A stretch of 64,000 bases of DNA, taken from an uncultured cyanobacterium (GTDB lineage Bacteria; Cyanobacteriota; Cyanobacteriia; Pseudanabaenales; Pseudanabaenaceae). Position 1 is the stretch's first letter, and each line of letters begins with the position of its first letter. Shown in pieces: positions 1-9,936 of this stretch. The notes beneath the pieces were generated by a model. That model did not search any database. It was given only the letters and a program-made list of their open reading frames with translations, and was not told where the DNA came from. The stretch lies in NCBI GenBank assembly GCA_963703315.1, contig OY969811.1, positions 4,160,001 to 4,224,000 on the forward strand, written 5' to 3'. The position numbers were made by a program, and so were the translations under genes.

Positions 1-215
1 AGTGGAACATTCCTCTAGAGCAGGTTTTGGTGAATGGTGGATCGGGTGGCGATGAAGATATGCTGCGTGGCAATACTTTGGGCGTGGTCGTTGATAATCG
101 TCACCGTGAAGAGCTATTGAATTTGAGTGATAGCGATCGCGTATATTTTGCCGATAGCGCTCATGCTGGCGGCATTTTAGAGGCGATCGCCCACTATGAT
201 TTCTTTAATTTATAG
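1..215 (+). CDS. sps: Sucrose-phosphate synthase, C-terminal HAD-like domain (5'-truncated by the window edge)
   Basis: Frame is open from position 3: WNIPLEQVLVNGGSGGDEDMLRGNTLGVVV...GILEAIAHYDF, matching the C-terminus of bidomain SPS. Upstream of SPP-like and amylosucrase genes. Confidence 0.8.
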   Translation, partial: WNIPLEQVLVNGGSGGDEDMLRGNTLGVVVDNRHREELLNLSDSDRVYFADSAHAGGILEAIAHYDFFNL

Positions 216-223
216 CGTTTCTT

Positions 224-308
224 AGCCTAGAGCAGATGTTTGCCCACCAAAGGCGGGCAAACATCTGCTCTAGGCTGAAAGTTTCCCCTCTTTGGGTGGG
301 GAAACTTT
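224..308. repeat. Two adjacent palindromes (AGCCTAGAGCAGATGTTTGCCC...GGGCAAACATCTGCTCTAGGCT and AAAGTTTCCCC...GGGGAAACTTT), REP/MITE-like
   Basis: Inverted repeats read directly; preceded by TATAGC, as in the element at 55533. Confidence 0.7.
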
Positions 309-335
309 CCCCACTAACTAATACAATTGTGACCT

Positions 336-1181
336 ATGCAGAAATTATTGATTTGTACTGACCTTGACCGTACTCTATTACCCAATGGAACTCAACCAGA
401 ATCTCCTGAAGCGCGAACCATATTTACCCGTTTAGTCAGCCGCCCCGAAGTCTGCTTAGTATATGTGAGCGGTAGAAATCTTACATTAGTTCAAGAAGCA
501 ATCCAAGAATATGATTTGCCAGCACCGCATTGGATAGTTGGTGATGTCGGTAGCACGATGTATCAATTTGATGGCGATCGCTGGAAATCTTGGCAAAGCT
601 GGACACAGCAGATTGCGGTTGATTGGCGTGGTTTAAGCGCTGTAGATTTAGAGCCTTGGTTTAGCGATTTAGCGGAAATATCGCATTTAGTCTTGCAAGA
701 ACCCGATCAACAAAGCCGTTTTAAACTTAGTTACTATCTGCCATTGGATATGGAAAAAGATGCTTTGCAGCAGTACATTAGCGATCGCCTTGAAGAACAA
801 AATATTGCTGCAAGTTTGATTTATAGCGTTGATGAAGCTAAGGAAATTGGACTACTAGATATCTTGCCAGCCCATGCCACCAAACTCCATGCAGTGGAAT
901 TTCTGATGGATCAATTGGATTTTGATCACACTAATACAGTTTTTGCAGGTGACAGTGGTAATGATCTACCATTACTGATTAGTCCTGTGCCTTCTATTTT
1001 GGTCGCCAATGCCCATTTCGATGTAATTGCTCAATCTCAACAACAAGCTAAAGAACTAGGAAACACGCATAGATTATATTTGGCTGAGGGTGGCTTTTTG
1101 GGGATGAATGGGAATTACAGCGCAGGGATTTTAGAAGGAATTGTCCATTATTATCCAGACACACAAAAATGGATAGAATGA
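336..1181 (+). CDS. spp: HAD-IIB hydrolase, sucrose-phosphate phosphatase-like
   Basis: DLDRTL motif I, VSGR, and GDSGNDL motif IV; lies between sps and amylosucrase. Confidence 0.8.
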   Translation: MQKLLICTDLDRTLLPNGTQPESPEARTIFTRLVSRPEVCLVYVSGRNLTLVQEAIQEYDLPAPHWIVGDVGSTMYQFDGDRWKSWQSWTQQIAVDWRGLSAVDLEPWFSDLAEISHLVLQEPDQQSRFKLSYYLPLDMEKDALQQYISDRLEEQNIAASLIYSVDEAKEIGLLDILPAHATKLHAVEFLMDQLDFDHTNTVFAGDSGNDLPLLISPVPSILVANAHFDVIAQSQQQAKELGNTHRLYLAEGGFLGMNGNYSAGILEGIVHYYPDTQKWIE

Positions 1182-1213
1182 TGTGCCGCGCAAAGCGCGG
1201 CACATCATTCTAT
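1173..1213. repeat. Perfect 19-bp-arm palindrome with GCGC-AAA-GCGC apex
   Basis: ATAGAATGATGTGCCGCGC AAA GCGCGGCACATCATTCTAT; the left arm includes the last codons and stop of spp. Confidence 0.85.
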
Positions 1214-1239
1214 AAGCAAACATATTTTAGGAAAACTCC

Positions 1240-3192
1240 ATGTACGAACAAATCTCTCATTCCCTTTTAAATTCTATTCTTGATGATTTAAAGCCCGAAA
1301 TTCGCCGTCAAGACTTGCGACATTTTTATACGCGACTAGGAGCTAATTTTTATGCAATCCATTCGCTGTTTTATACGCTGTACGGACATCGTAATGATTT
1401 TAAATTACAAATGTTGCGTCTCGTGGAAACAATGGCGAAGGGATATATAGAACGCTCTGCGGAATTGGAGCGTTTGGATATTCTGCGCGAACAGGATCAT
1501 AACTGGTTTTTGTCCCAACAGTGGGTGGGGATGGCGCTCTATTCCAATGGGTTTGCGAATAATTTAAAAGATCTTGCCGATAAATCCAGCTATTTTCAAG
1601 AATTAGGCATCAATTTAGTGCATATTATGCCAATTTTGAAATGTCCTGAAGGTAAAAGTGATGGCGGCTATGCAATCAGTGATTTTCGGCAAATTGATGA
1701 GCGTGTGGGTGATCTAGAAGATATTCGCCACATTGCCGCCGACTTCCGCAAACGCGATATTTTATTAGTCCTCGATATTGTTCTCAATCATACTTCTGAT
1801 GAACATGAATGGGCTAAGAAAGCGATTAAAGGCGATCGCCGCTTTCAGGAATATTACTATATTTTTGAAGGGCGAGAAGTCCCTGATATGTTTGAGCAGA
1901 ATATGCCAGAGATATTTCCTGAAACTTCCCCAGGGAATTTTACTTGGAATCCTGAAATGCAGAAATGGGTAATGACAGTTTTCCATGATTATCAATGGGA
2001 TTTGAACTACAGCAACCCTAATGTATTTATTGAAATGCTGGACATTATTCTGTTTTGGGCAAATCAAGGTGTGGATATTTTGCGTCTTGATGCGGTGGCT
2101 TTTTTGTGGAAGAAGATCGGTACTTCCTGTCAAAACGAACGCAAAGCGCATTTGATTTTGCAGTTAATGAAGGACTGTTGCCAAGTAACCGCTCCAGGAG
2201 TGCTATTTATTGCCGAAGCGATCGTTGCTCCTGTGGAAGTGATTAAGTATTTTGGAGAAGATGCGATCGCTGCTAAAGAATGTGAAATTGCCTATAACGC
2301 AACTTTAATGGCGCTGCTCTGGGATAGCGTGGCAACTAAAAATACAAAACTCCTCAGCCAAGGGATCAAAAGCTTACCCAATAAACTGGAACGGGCAACT
2401 TGGCTAAATTATGTCCGCTGTCACGATGACATTGGTTTTGGCTTTGACGACAACGATATTCGCCTAGCGGGTTATGAACCCTATTCCCACAGACGCTTTT
2501 TAATTGACTACTTTAGCGGCAAGTATGATGGCTTAGCTAGAGGCTTAGAGTTTATGCATAATGAATCCACAGGCGATGGAAGAGTTTGTGGCTCCCTAGC
2601 TTCTTTAGTCGGTTTAGAATCGGCTCTAGAGACGCAAGACAAAAGTTTAATTGCCGCCGCTATTGATAGAATTCTCTTGCTTCATGGCATTATTCTCTCC
2701 TTCGGTGGAATCCCTCTAATTTATAACGGTGATGCCTTGGGTGTATTGAATGATTACAGTTTTTATGAAGATCCCAGCAAAGCCAATGATGCTCGCTGGG
2801 TGCATCGTCCCAAAATCGATTGGGAAAAAGCAGAATTACGCAAAAAACAAGGCACACCTCAATACGCAATTTTTACTGCTATGAAAAAGATGATTGCGAT
2901 CCGTAAAGAAATCTCGGCTTTTGCCGATTTTAATAATCGTGAACTGCTCCATCTAGATAATGAACATTTGCTTGGTTTTATAAGGTTTGATCATCAGCGT
3001 CCATCAGAAAAAGTGTTAGTACTGGCTAATTTTGATGTCAATCCCCAATATTTAGACTTATCAGCTTTAGGCAATACAGGTTTTAACATTTATACTCAAT
3101 TTATTGATTTATATAGTGGTAAAAAGCCTTCTCAACATGATGAACGCATTGTTCTTCAGGGTTATCAGTTTTACTGGCTGACAGCAACATAA
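1240..3192 (+). CDS. ams: Amylosucrase / GH13 sucrose-active glucosyltransferase
   Basis: SDGGYA, LNHTS, LRLDAVAFLWK, AEAIV and YVRCHDDIG motifs of GH13 amylosucrases. Confidence 0.88.
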   Translation: MYEQISHSLLNSILDDLKPEIRRQDLRHFYTRLGANFYAIHSLFYTLYGHRNDFKLQMLRLVETMAKGYIERSAELERLDILREQDHNWFLSQQWVGMALYSNGFANNLKDLADKSSYFQELGINLVHIMPILKCPEGKSDGGYAISDFRQIDERVGDLEDIRHIAADFRKRDILLVLDIVLNHTSDEHEWAKKAIKGDRRFQEYYYIFEGREVPDMFEQNMPEIFPETSPGNFTWNPEMQKWVMTVFHDYQWDLNYSNPNVFIEMLDIILFWANQGVDILRLDAVAFLWKKIGTSCQNERKAHLILQLMKDCCQVTAPGVLFIAEAIVAPVEVIKYFGEDAIAAKECEIAYNATLMALLWDSVATKNTKLLSQGIKSLPNKLERATWLNYVRCHDDIGFGFDDNDIRLAGYEPYSHRRFLIDYFSGKYDGLARGLEFMHNESTGDGRVCGSLASLVGLESALETQDKSLIAAAIDRILLLHGIILSFGGIPLIYNGDALGVLNDYSFYEDPSKANDARWVHRPKIDWEKAELRKKQGTPQYAIFTAMKKMIAIRKEISAFADFNNRELLHLDNEHLLGFIRFDHQRPSEKVLVLANFDVNPQYLDLSALGNTGFNIYTQFIDLYSGKKPSQHDERIVLQGYQFYWLTAT

Positions 3193-3219
3193 TACCGAAA
3201 CGAATGCGATCGCCGATCT

Positions 3220-3376
3220 TGTAGAGTTCGTTACGCAACAGCCCTGTAATAAATTACGGGCTAAAAGCTTAAACCCGTTGAAACGGGCTAATCATAGGAG
3301 TGTTTTAGTCTGCTTTAGCTGACTTTAGCTTTCAGCCAAGAACTTGAGTTCTTGGTTAGTTTGCGTAAGTCCTATA
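3220..3376. mobile_element. Degenerate MITE-like element with a TGCGTAAGTCCTA right end and internal hairpins
   Basis: Right end TGCGTAAGTCCTA (3362-3374); decayed left end ...GTTACGCA; internal hairpins CCCGTTGAAACGGG and CCAAGAACTTGAGTTCTTGG. Confidence 0.5.
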
Positions 3377-3444
3377 CTTAATGCTAATAGTTTGTGCGTT
3401 ACAGCTTCTTGATGCTTCAAGGGATACAAAAAAACTTTTTGCTA

Positions 3445-4593
3445 TTACTTTGAGGATAATTTATCGGCTATTCCGATCAAAGCTGACTCCATTTTGGAAG
3501 ACATCTCTACCTTGCCCGATCGCAAATGGAGATCACGCTGCGGAAAAGGAATCTCGATTTGATTTTGGTTAAGAACTTCATAGATCAGAAAATATAAATC
3601 ACTTTTGAGCAAAAATTGTTTATCTGGTTCCGCTGTCCAAACTAATAACTCAAAATCTAAGGAGCTATCACCAAACCCTTTAAATAATAGGCTAGGAGCA
3701 GGTGATGCTAATACCTTGGGATGTTCGCTAGCAGCTTCTATCAACACTGTCCGCACGTGCTGGGGATCGGAGCCATAGGCAACGCCCAAGGGCAAATGTA
3801 ACCGCGAGATCGGGTTGCCATGACTCCAATTAATCACTTCACTATCGAGAAATCGTGAATTCGGCACAATAATGGAGACACGATCTAAGGTGCGAATCTC
3901 TGTACTCCTTGCCCCAATTCTTTCTACAGTTCCATTCAAATCTCCGACTTCGATAAAATCCCCCACTTGAATCGGACGCTCAAACACCAGAATTAAGCCG
4001 CTACCAAAGTTTTTGGCAATATTCTGTAAGCCAATACCTAAACCAATACTCAAGGCACTAGCCAAAATTGTGAGCGAACTCAAGTCTAGTCCCCAGATCT
4101 GCAATAAAACTAATGTACCAATAAAGATCAGGGTGTACTGCACAATTACCGCGATCGCTTCCTGTGCGCCACGGTTTAGCCCCGCAATACTAAGCACGCG
4201 GTCTTTAAAGATATCGATAATGGCTCTAACGAGAAGGATTAAGCCAAATAGCAATGCGCCTAAAATCGATAGATTGATGATTGAATAAGAGCTTTTGCCA
4301 AGGGTCAAAACTGGTGCGTTAAAACTAGATATTAGAACATCGCGAATTTGTTGGCTGATGGCGCGAGAATCTGGGAAAAGATCAGCAATATAGAGTATCC
4401 CCGCCACCCAAACGGAGATCCGAGCGATCGATAAAATTACTGTAAAAAATAAATCTAATCCCTTGGTAATTGACTCGCGTTCTGTACCTGCTAACTTTTG
4501 TTTGAGGGTACGCGATAAGTACCGCCGCAACATTCCTAAGCCCCAAGAAATGGCGATCGCACCCACAATAATTACAATTGACAAAATAATCAT
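3445..4593 (-). CDS. MscS-family mechanosensitive channel
   Basis: GLGIGLQNIAKNFGSGLILVFERPIQVGD, IIVPNS and IEIPFPQRD motifs. Confidence 0.92.
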   Translation of the reverse strand: MIILSIVIIVGAIAISWGLGMLRRYLSRTLKQKLAGTERESITKGLDLFFTVILSIARISVWVAGILYIADLFPDSRAISQQIRDVLISSFNAPVLTLGKSSYSIINLSILGALLFGLILLVRAIIDIFKDRVLSIAGLNRGAQEAIAVIVQYTLIFIGTLVLLQIWGLDLSSLTILASALSIGLGIGLQNIAKNFGSGLILVFERPIQVGDFIEVGDLNGTVERIGARSTEIRTLDRVSIIVPNSRFLDSEVINWSHGNPISRLHLPLGVAYGSDPQHVRTVLIEAASEHPKVLASPAPSLLFKGFGDSSLDFELLVWTAEPDKQFLLKSDLYFLIYEVLNQNQIEIPFPQRDLHLRSGKVEMSSKMESALIGIADKLSSK

Positions 4594-4619
4594 AAAGTTA
4601 AGTTCGGTGGTTATTGCCC

Positions 4620-6308
4620 TTAGCTATGTTGGCTATTTTCAGGATTGAGCGTAAAAGTGTTTTCTAGCAAAAAAGCCTGTTGAGGAATACCGATCGCAAT
4701 GTTTTCTTGTTCCAAAACTAACTTGAGGCGACGACGAAACTCGCGTGCCACAGCCCATTGCTGAAGCGGTTGGGTTTTAATCCAAAGGCGGATTAGCATC
4801 CCTGAATGCTGCAAATCATCAATACCTAAAACTTCAGGTGGTTCCATAATCTTCGCTCGCCAAATCTGCTCTTGATAAATCTCTTGCGCTAATTTCCGTA
4901 GGATATCTAAGGCATGATCGGGATTAGTATCATAGGCAACCCGAATGCTCAGATCCACTCGCGCCCAGTCTTTAGAAAGATTCTGCACGATCGCGATCGC
5001 ACTATTTGGGATTGTAATCAATTGACCTTCATTATTCCGAACTTGCGTGATCCGCAGATTCATATTTTCGACTAAGCCACCTAATTCGCCCACGATAATT
5101 ACATCACCTACCGCATATTGATCTTCTAAAATAATCAGAAATCCATTAATTACATCTTTAATCAACCCCTGAGCCGCAAAGGATATCGCAATTCCCACGA
5201 TTCCCGCCCCTGCTAACAGTGGAATTAAGTCAAATCCGATCGCTGAGAGGATCGCTAAAGTTCCTAATCCAGCTAACACGATCGCGGTAATATTGCGGAG
5301 AACTTGCGAAACCGTCGATACTCGCAAATCCAAGCGTTGATAGGGCTTCAGCATTGCAAAATCCCTAGCTTTTAAGAAGCCTGAAAAGCGTTCGATTAAC
5401 AAGTTGCTGATCCGAATTAACAAATAAGTCACAAAGGCGATCGCTACAACTTGCAGAGGAGTCGATAGCAAGAAAGATTGCAACCAACGACTATAGGGAA
5501 ATAGTCCCAAAACAATGAAGATCCCACATCCCAAAATCCCTACATAGCCTAGTTCCAAAGCACGTCGTTGCAGATCACTCAGATTTGCTTTTTGCTGCTG
5601 TGCCAGTTGTTGCTGTAAGTCAATTACCGCAATAGACTCAAGGTAAGGCGGGGCTTCATGTTCAATATTCGCCTTAATCGTGTCTTTCTGTAACTTTAAA
5701 CGCCCCTGCCAGTAAGTAATCAACCGAAGCACGATCAACATCACCGTAATGATCCAAGCCGCAATTAATCCCTGACGGATTAAAGCTTGTGGTTGGCGCT
5801 CTTGTTTAGCCCTAGTCAAAGCCTCACGCAGTATTAATGTGATTTGATTTGCCCAACCTTGCGGATCACGTCCTTGCAGTTGAGCATCCATCGTCGTTAC
5901 GGTCATCAAGTAGCGATCGCCAATCGCAATCACAGGCTGTCCACTTTGCTCATCAATATTTGCCGTTACCTGCAAACTAGCGGGGTCAAAGTTGCTATTG
6001 GCAATGCGATGAAGCTCTTCTTCAATGCCCTGTACCCGTTGTTCCAGTGGAAATCGTTGATTAACCGTTGGGGCGGCTAGCACAAACAATCTATAGCCAT
6101 CAAGTTTAACCTCAGCATGATCGATGCTGGACACATTGGTATTGCTTTGTCTCGTTAACCAACTTAGTTTTAAAAGTTCAGCTTGCCCCCAAGCACTTTG
6201 GTTATGAGAAAGAAGGAATGTTAAAGCGATCGCGGTCACGCATAAAACAGCAGCACGAAACCACTTCTTCCAAAAGTGGATTTTGGTTTGGATTAAACGA
6301 TTGAACAT
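4620..6308 (-). CDS. MscS-family mechanosensitive channel with N-terminal periplasmic domain
   Basis: AISFAAQGLIKDVINGFLIILEDQYAVGD and ITIPNS motifs; N-terminal signal-like segment. Confidence 0.92.
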   Translation of the reverse strand: MFNRLIQTKIHFWKKWFRAAVLCVTAIALTFLLSHNQSAWGQAELLKLSWLTRQSNTNVSSIDHAEVKLDGYRLFVLAAPTVNQRFPLEQRVQGIEEELHRIANSNFDPASLQVTANIDEQSGQPVIAIGDRYLMTVTTMDAQLQGRDPQGWANQITLILREALTRAKQERQPQALIRQGLIAAWIITVMLIVLRLITYWQGRLKLQKDTIKANIEHEAPPYLESIAVIDLQQQLAQQQKANLSDLQRRALELGYVGILGCGIFIVLGLFPYSRWLQSFLLSTPLQVVAIAFVTYLLIRISNLLIERFSGFLKARDFAMLKPYQRLDLRVSTVSQVLRNITAIVLAGLGTLAILSAIGFDLIPLLAGAGIVGIAISFAAQGLIKDVINGFLIILEDQYAVGDVIIVGELGGLVENMNLRITQVRNNEGQLITIPNSAIAIVQNLSKDWARVDLSIRVAYDTNPDHALDILRKLAQEIYQEQIWRAKIMEPPEVLGIDDLQHSGMLIRLWIKTQPLQQWAVAREFRRRLKLVLEQENIAIGIPQQAFLLENTFTLNPENSQHS

Positions 6309-6314
6309 ATTTTT

Positions 6315-7661
6315 CTATTTTGCAAACACTAGGAACCTAACACTGATGAAAATAGCTGCTCCCAGAATTTGTAAAGCGGCTATAGGAATACCGTATTTAG
6401 CGAATCTACTAAAAGAAATAGGTTTGCCATGAATTTCAGAAATACCTGCGCCAACGATATTCGCTGAAGCTCCTACAACAGTTGCATTCCCCCCTAGAGT
6501 GGCTCCAAACATCATGGCGTAGAAAAGTGGTAAAACCGCATCGGGAAATTGTCCGTTAAAGTTGGTAACGAGAATCCATGATGGTGCTAGATCTACATTT
6601 ACAAGGTATTCCTTCATCATCGGAACCATTGCGACCACAAGGGGAATATTTGGAATAACAGTAGAAATTAGAGCTACGGATATCAAAATTACGATTGCTC
6701 CTAGCGCAATATTTGTTCCTAATGCAAATGCAAATAAATTAGAAGCTTGGGCAATTAAACCTGTTTTTTGTAATCCTCCAATTAAAACAAAAGTTGACAT
6801 AAAAAATAGCAACGTACTCCAATCTACATCTCGTAAAACATGATTAATCGAGTCAATCTTGTTATGATGAGAAAGAAATAAAGCCAATCCAGCTCCTAAT
6901 AAAGCAACTGCGGCAGGGGAAATTGGTGTAGGTAAAGAGTCGCCAATCACAAATAAGACTAGTACAAATAAAGCAATGACACCGCCGAGAATTAAAGTGC
7001 GGGGATGATTGATTTTAGGAACTTCGATGCGATCGCTAATTTCTATATTCTTACGCCAGATTTTGCCAAACAAAAATGGCAAAGTACATACAACGATCAC
7101 AATGAAAATAACTCCCCCCAAACTTAAACGCGTTAGGTAGTCGGCAAAGCTGATATTAATCGCATTACCAACAATAAACGTTGCAGGATCACCCACAAGC
7201 GTTAAGAGTCCTGCACTATTCGAGACAACTACCATCAAAATGATCAAGGGGACAAAATCTATGCCGATAATTTTTGCCAAGGGTGGAATCATCGGAGCCA
7301 AAAGCATTATGGTTGTGGCATTGGGCAGTACAGCACATACCAGAGACGTAATCCCCACAATTGCTAGCAGTAATCGACTCCCTTTACCTTTAGCAAGCAG
7401 CACCATCTGCACAGCTAAGTAATCAAATACTTTGGTTGGCTCAAAAGCCCGTACGATAACCATTACACCAAATAGCAAACTGATAGTGGCATAACTTTTA
7501 CCGATATATCTTGTTGCTTCTTCTAAAGTCATAATTTTGGCGGCAACTAATAGTAAGGCTCCCAAAAAAGCGGCGATCGTTAAATGCACTTTCTCAGTAA
7601 CAATTAGAACAATTACTACTACAAAGGTCACGCCTGTAAAAATAGCTTGCCAATTATCCAT
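6315..7661 (-). CDS. ArsB/NhaD (SLC13-like) ion transporter
   Basis: Multi-pass membrane protein with LPNATT, TLVGDPATFIV, VDWSTLLFF and LGGNATVVGASANIV motifs. Confidence 0.85.
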   Translation of the reverse strand: MDNWQAIFTGVTFVVVIVLIVTEKVHLTIAAFLGALLLVAAKIMTLEEATRYIGKSYATISLLFGVMVIVRAFEPTKVFDYLAVQMVLLAKGKGSRLLLAIVGITSLVCAVLPNATTIMLLAPMIPPLAKIIGIDFVPLIILMVVVSNSAGLLTLVGDPATFIVGNAINISFADYLTRLSLGGVIFIVIVVCTLPFLFGKIWRKNIEISDRIEVPKINHPRTLILGGVIALFVLVLFVIGDSLPTPISPAAVALLGAGLALFLSHHNKIDSINHVLRDVDWSTLLFFMSTFVLIGGLQKTGLIAQASNLFAFALGTNIALGAIVILISVALISTVIPNIPLVVAMVPMMKEYLVNVDLAPSWILVTNFNGQFPDAVLPLFYAMMFGATLGGNATVVGASANIVGAGISEIHGKPISFSRFAKYGIPIAALQILGAAIFISVRFLVFAK

Positions 7662-7713
7662 AGGTAATAATTAAGTAATAATTTTGACTTTAGTAGTTTA
7701 GAATAATTCAAGA

Positions 7714-8400
7714 TTAAAATTGCTTGAGCCTATAGCCCAAGCCATGTACAGTCTCAATAAGATCGTCAGGAGCATCGATCATTCTAAATTTTTGGCGGAG
7801 ACTGCGGATATGAGACTTGACAGCTTCCTCACTGGGTGGATCATCCAGTGACCAGAGACGCTCAATAATACCCGGACGACTGAGAACCCGTCTCCCACTG
7901 GAAACTAATAGCTCTAAGAGTTGATATTCTTTCGGAGTTAGTGACAATGGCTCACCATCGTAAGTAACTTCATAGGTACTAATATTAAGAGCCAAGGCTC
8001 CCCATGACAGCATCGAACTATTGCTCTTGCCACCCCGTCGAATTAGCGCTCGCACCTGAGCCATGAGTTCACCCATATCAAAGGGTTTAACCATATAGAC
8101 ATCGGCTCCTGCATCTAGTCCAAAAATTTTGTCAGCGATCGTATCCCTAGCCGTCAGCATTAACACAGGAGTATTAGCGTTATTCTGAAGATTACTTTCG
8201 CGCAATTTATGACAAAGGCGTAACCCATCCATTTTTGGCAAAGTCACATCCAAAATCACCAGATCGTATTCCAGCGTTTCTAAACAATGCCATGCCATAT
8301 CACCATCATTAGCAACATCAACCACAAATTGTTGATTGGTCAGGGCTTCGGTTAGCATATCGGCTAACTGCATATCATCTTCGACTACTAATATTCTCAT
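7714..8400 (-). CDS. OmpR-family response regulator
   Basis: MRILVVEDD receiver start, LDVTLP, KPF; winged-helix end IETVHGLGYRL. Confidence 0.95.
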   Translation of the reverse strand: MRILVVEDDMQLADMLTEALTNQQFVVDVANDGDMAWHCLETLEYDLVILDVTLPKMDGLRLCHKLRESNLQNNANTPVLMLTARDTIADKIFGLDAGADVYMVKPFDMGELMAQVRALIRRGGKSNSSMLSWGALALNISTYEVTYDGEPLSLTPKEYQLLELLVSSGRRVLSRPGIIERLWSLDDPPSEEAVKSHIRSLRQKFRMIDAPDDLIETVHGLGYRLKQF

Positions 8401-8403
8401 ATT

Positions 8404-9777
8404 ATGAAATGGAACTTAGAAAAACATTTGGTTGCTGGAGGCTTGTGTGCGGCTCTATTACTGCTAGCAACAATTAGTTTTGTTTCTTATCAAAATGCGA
8501 TTCAATTAATTAAAAGTACCGAGCGCATTAAAGGAACTTATTCCACTTTAGAGCATCTTGCCGAAATTCAGGCAACTCTTAATGAAGCAGAGTCAGAAAG
8601 GCGTGGCTATCTGTTATTTGGCTCACAAATTGAGTTGGATCGGTATAATTTAGCGATCGCCAGATTGGTTAAAGCTCTTGACACTCTAGAGCAGTCTATC
8701 GAAACAAACACCTTACAAAGCGAGCGGTTACACCAACTGCGATCGCTAATTGAACAACGAAATCAACTATATCAACAATCGAATATTTTATTTTGGTTCA
8801 GTCTCAGTGAATTATCTGCCAATCATCCAATAGTTATTGCTAGCAACCAAAATCGTGCAAATCTAAGACAAATATTCGTCGCTATACAAGCAGAAGAACA
8901 GCGTTTGTTAGAGCTTTGGATTCAAATTTCTAGCAGACATATGCAGTATCGGATCGTGATTGAGAGTACTAGCACATTACTTAGCTTCACCGTTTTCTTA
9001 ACGCTTTATATCGTCTTATATCAGCAATTGTTAAAGCGACAAGAAGCAGAAAGAATGCAGCAAAAGTTTGCTCAAGAGAAAGAATTAAGTGAACTCAAAT
9101 TAGAATTTTTAGCCCTAGTATCCCATGAATTTCGGACTCCTTTAAGTGTAATTTTAGGTTCGGCACAATTGCTCAAAGATACGCTTGCCGACAAAGTTGA
9201 GCGATCGCGTTTACGCAGTTTGACCCGCATTGAATCCTCAGCCAAAGCAATGAAGCAGATGTTTGCAGATGTCCTGACGATCGCCCGTGCCGATGCAGGA
9301 AAATTGGAATATCAACCCAGTTGGCTAGAACTGCAATCTTTTTGTTTGAATTTGGTGGAAGATATGCAGTTAAGTGAGCAGCAAGATCTCGTAATTAAGC
9401 TGATTGATTTAGGCGATCGCACTCATGGCTGGTTAGATGAAGCATTGATCTATTCAGCTTTAAGTAATTTGCTGTCCAATGCGATTAAGTATGCACCTTT
9501 AGGCAGCCATATCGACTTTATTCTCGATGGTAAAATTGATATGATCACCTTCCAAGTTAAAGATCAAGGTATGGGTATTTCACTAGAGGAACAAGCCACT
9601 TTATTTGAACCATTTACGCGAGGTGTAAATGTCAAAAATATTATTGGTACTGGATTAGGACTAGCTCTAGTAAAGCGCTGTATTGATTTGCATCAAGGTA
9701 ATATTTTGGTTGATAGTGATGTAGGCGAGGGAACAACTTTTACAATTCAAATTCCCCAAACTCGACAGGTTTCATAA
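8404..9777 (+). CDS. CHASE3-type sensor histidine kinase
   Basis: Two TM helices flanking EAESERRGYLL (CHASE3); SHEFRTPL H-box; NAIKY, DQGMG and GTGLGL boxes. Confidence 0.93.
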   Translation: MKWNLEKHLVAGGLCAALLLLATISFVSYQNAIQLIKSTERIKGTYSTLEHLAEIQATLNEAESERRGYLLFGSQIELDRYNLAIARLVKALDTLEQSIETNTLQSERLHQLRSLIEQRNQLYQQSNILFWFSLSELSANHPIVIASNQNRANLRQIFVAIQAEEQRLLELWIQISSRHMQYRIVIESTSTLLSFTVFLTLYIVLYQQLLKRQEAERMQQKFAQEKELSELKLEFLALVSHEFRTPLSVILGSAQLLKDTLADKVERSRLRSLTRIESSAKAMKQMFADVLTIARADAGKLEYQPSWLELQSFCLNLVEDMQLSEQQDLVIKLIDLGDRTHGWLDEALIYSALSNLLSNAIKYAPLGSHIDFILDGKIDMITFQVKDQGMGISLEEQATLFEPFTRGVNVKNIIGTGLGLALVKRCIDLHQGNILVDSDVGEGTTFTIQIPQTRQVS

Positions 9778-9858
9778 CAACCAGAAGATGAGTTGCGGCA
9801 CGAAGTGCCGCAACTCATCTTCTGGTTGTTATGTCCTAAGCAAAACTGGCATTGCTAT
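9773..9858. repeat. 29-bp-arm palindrome (GAA loop) plus the GCTATA right end of a TATAGC-type element
   Basis: CATAACAACCAGAAGATGAGTTGCGGCAC GAA GTGCCGCAACTCATCTTCTGGTTGTTATG, followed by TCCTAAGCAAAACTGGCATTGCTATA. Confidence 0.8.
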
Positions 9859-9881
9859 ATAGCATTTCACACGAGGTACAG

Positions 9882-9920
9882 AGGATTGTTTCCCCCGCCG
9901 AAGGCGGGGGAAACAATCCT
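9882..9920. repeat. Palindrome with a C-GAA-G apex between convergent genes; possible bidirectional terminator
   Basis: AGGATTGTTTCCCCCGCC GAA GGCGGGGGAAACAATCCT. Confidence 0.8.
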
Positions 9921-9936
9921 GCAAGTTGATATAGCT

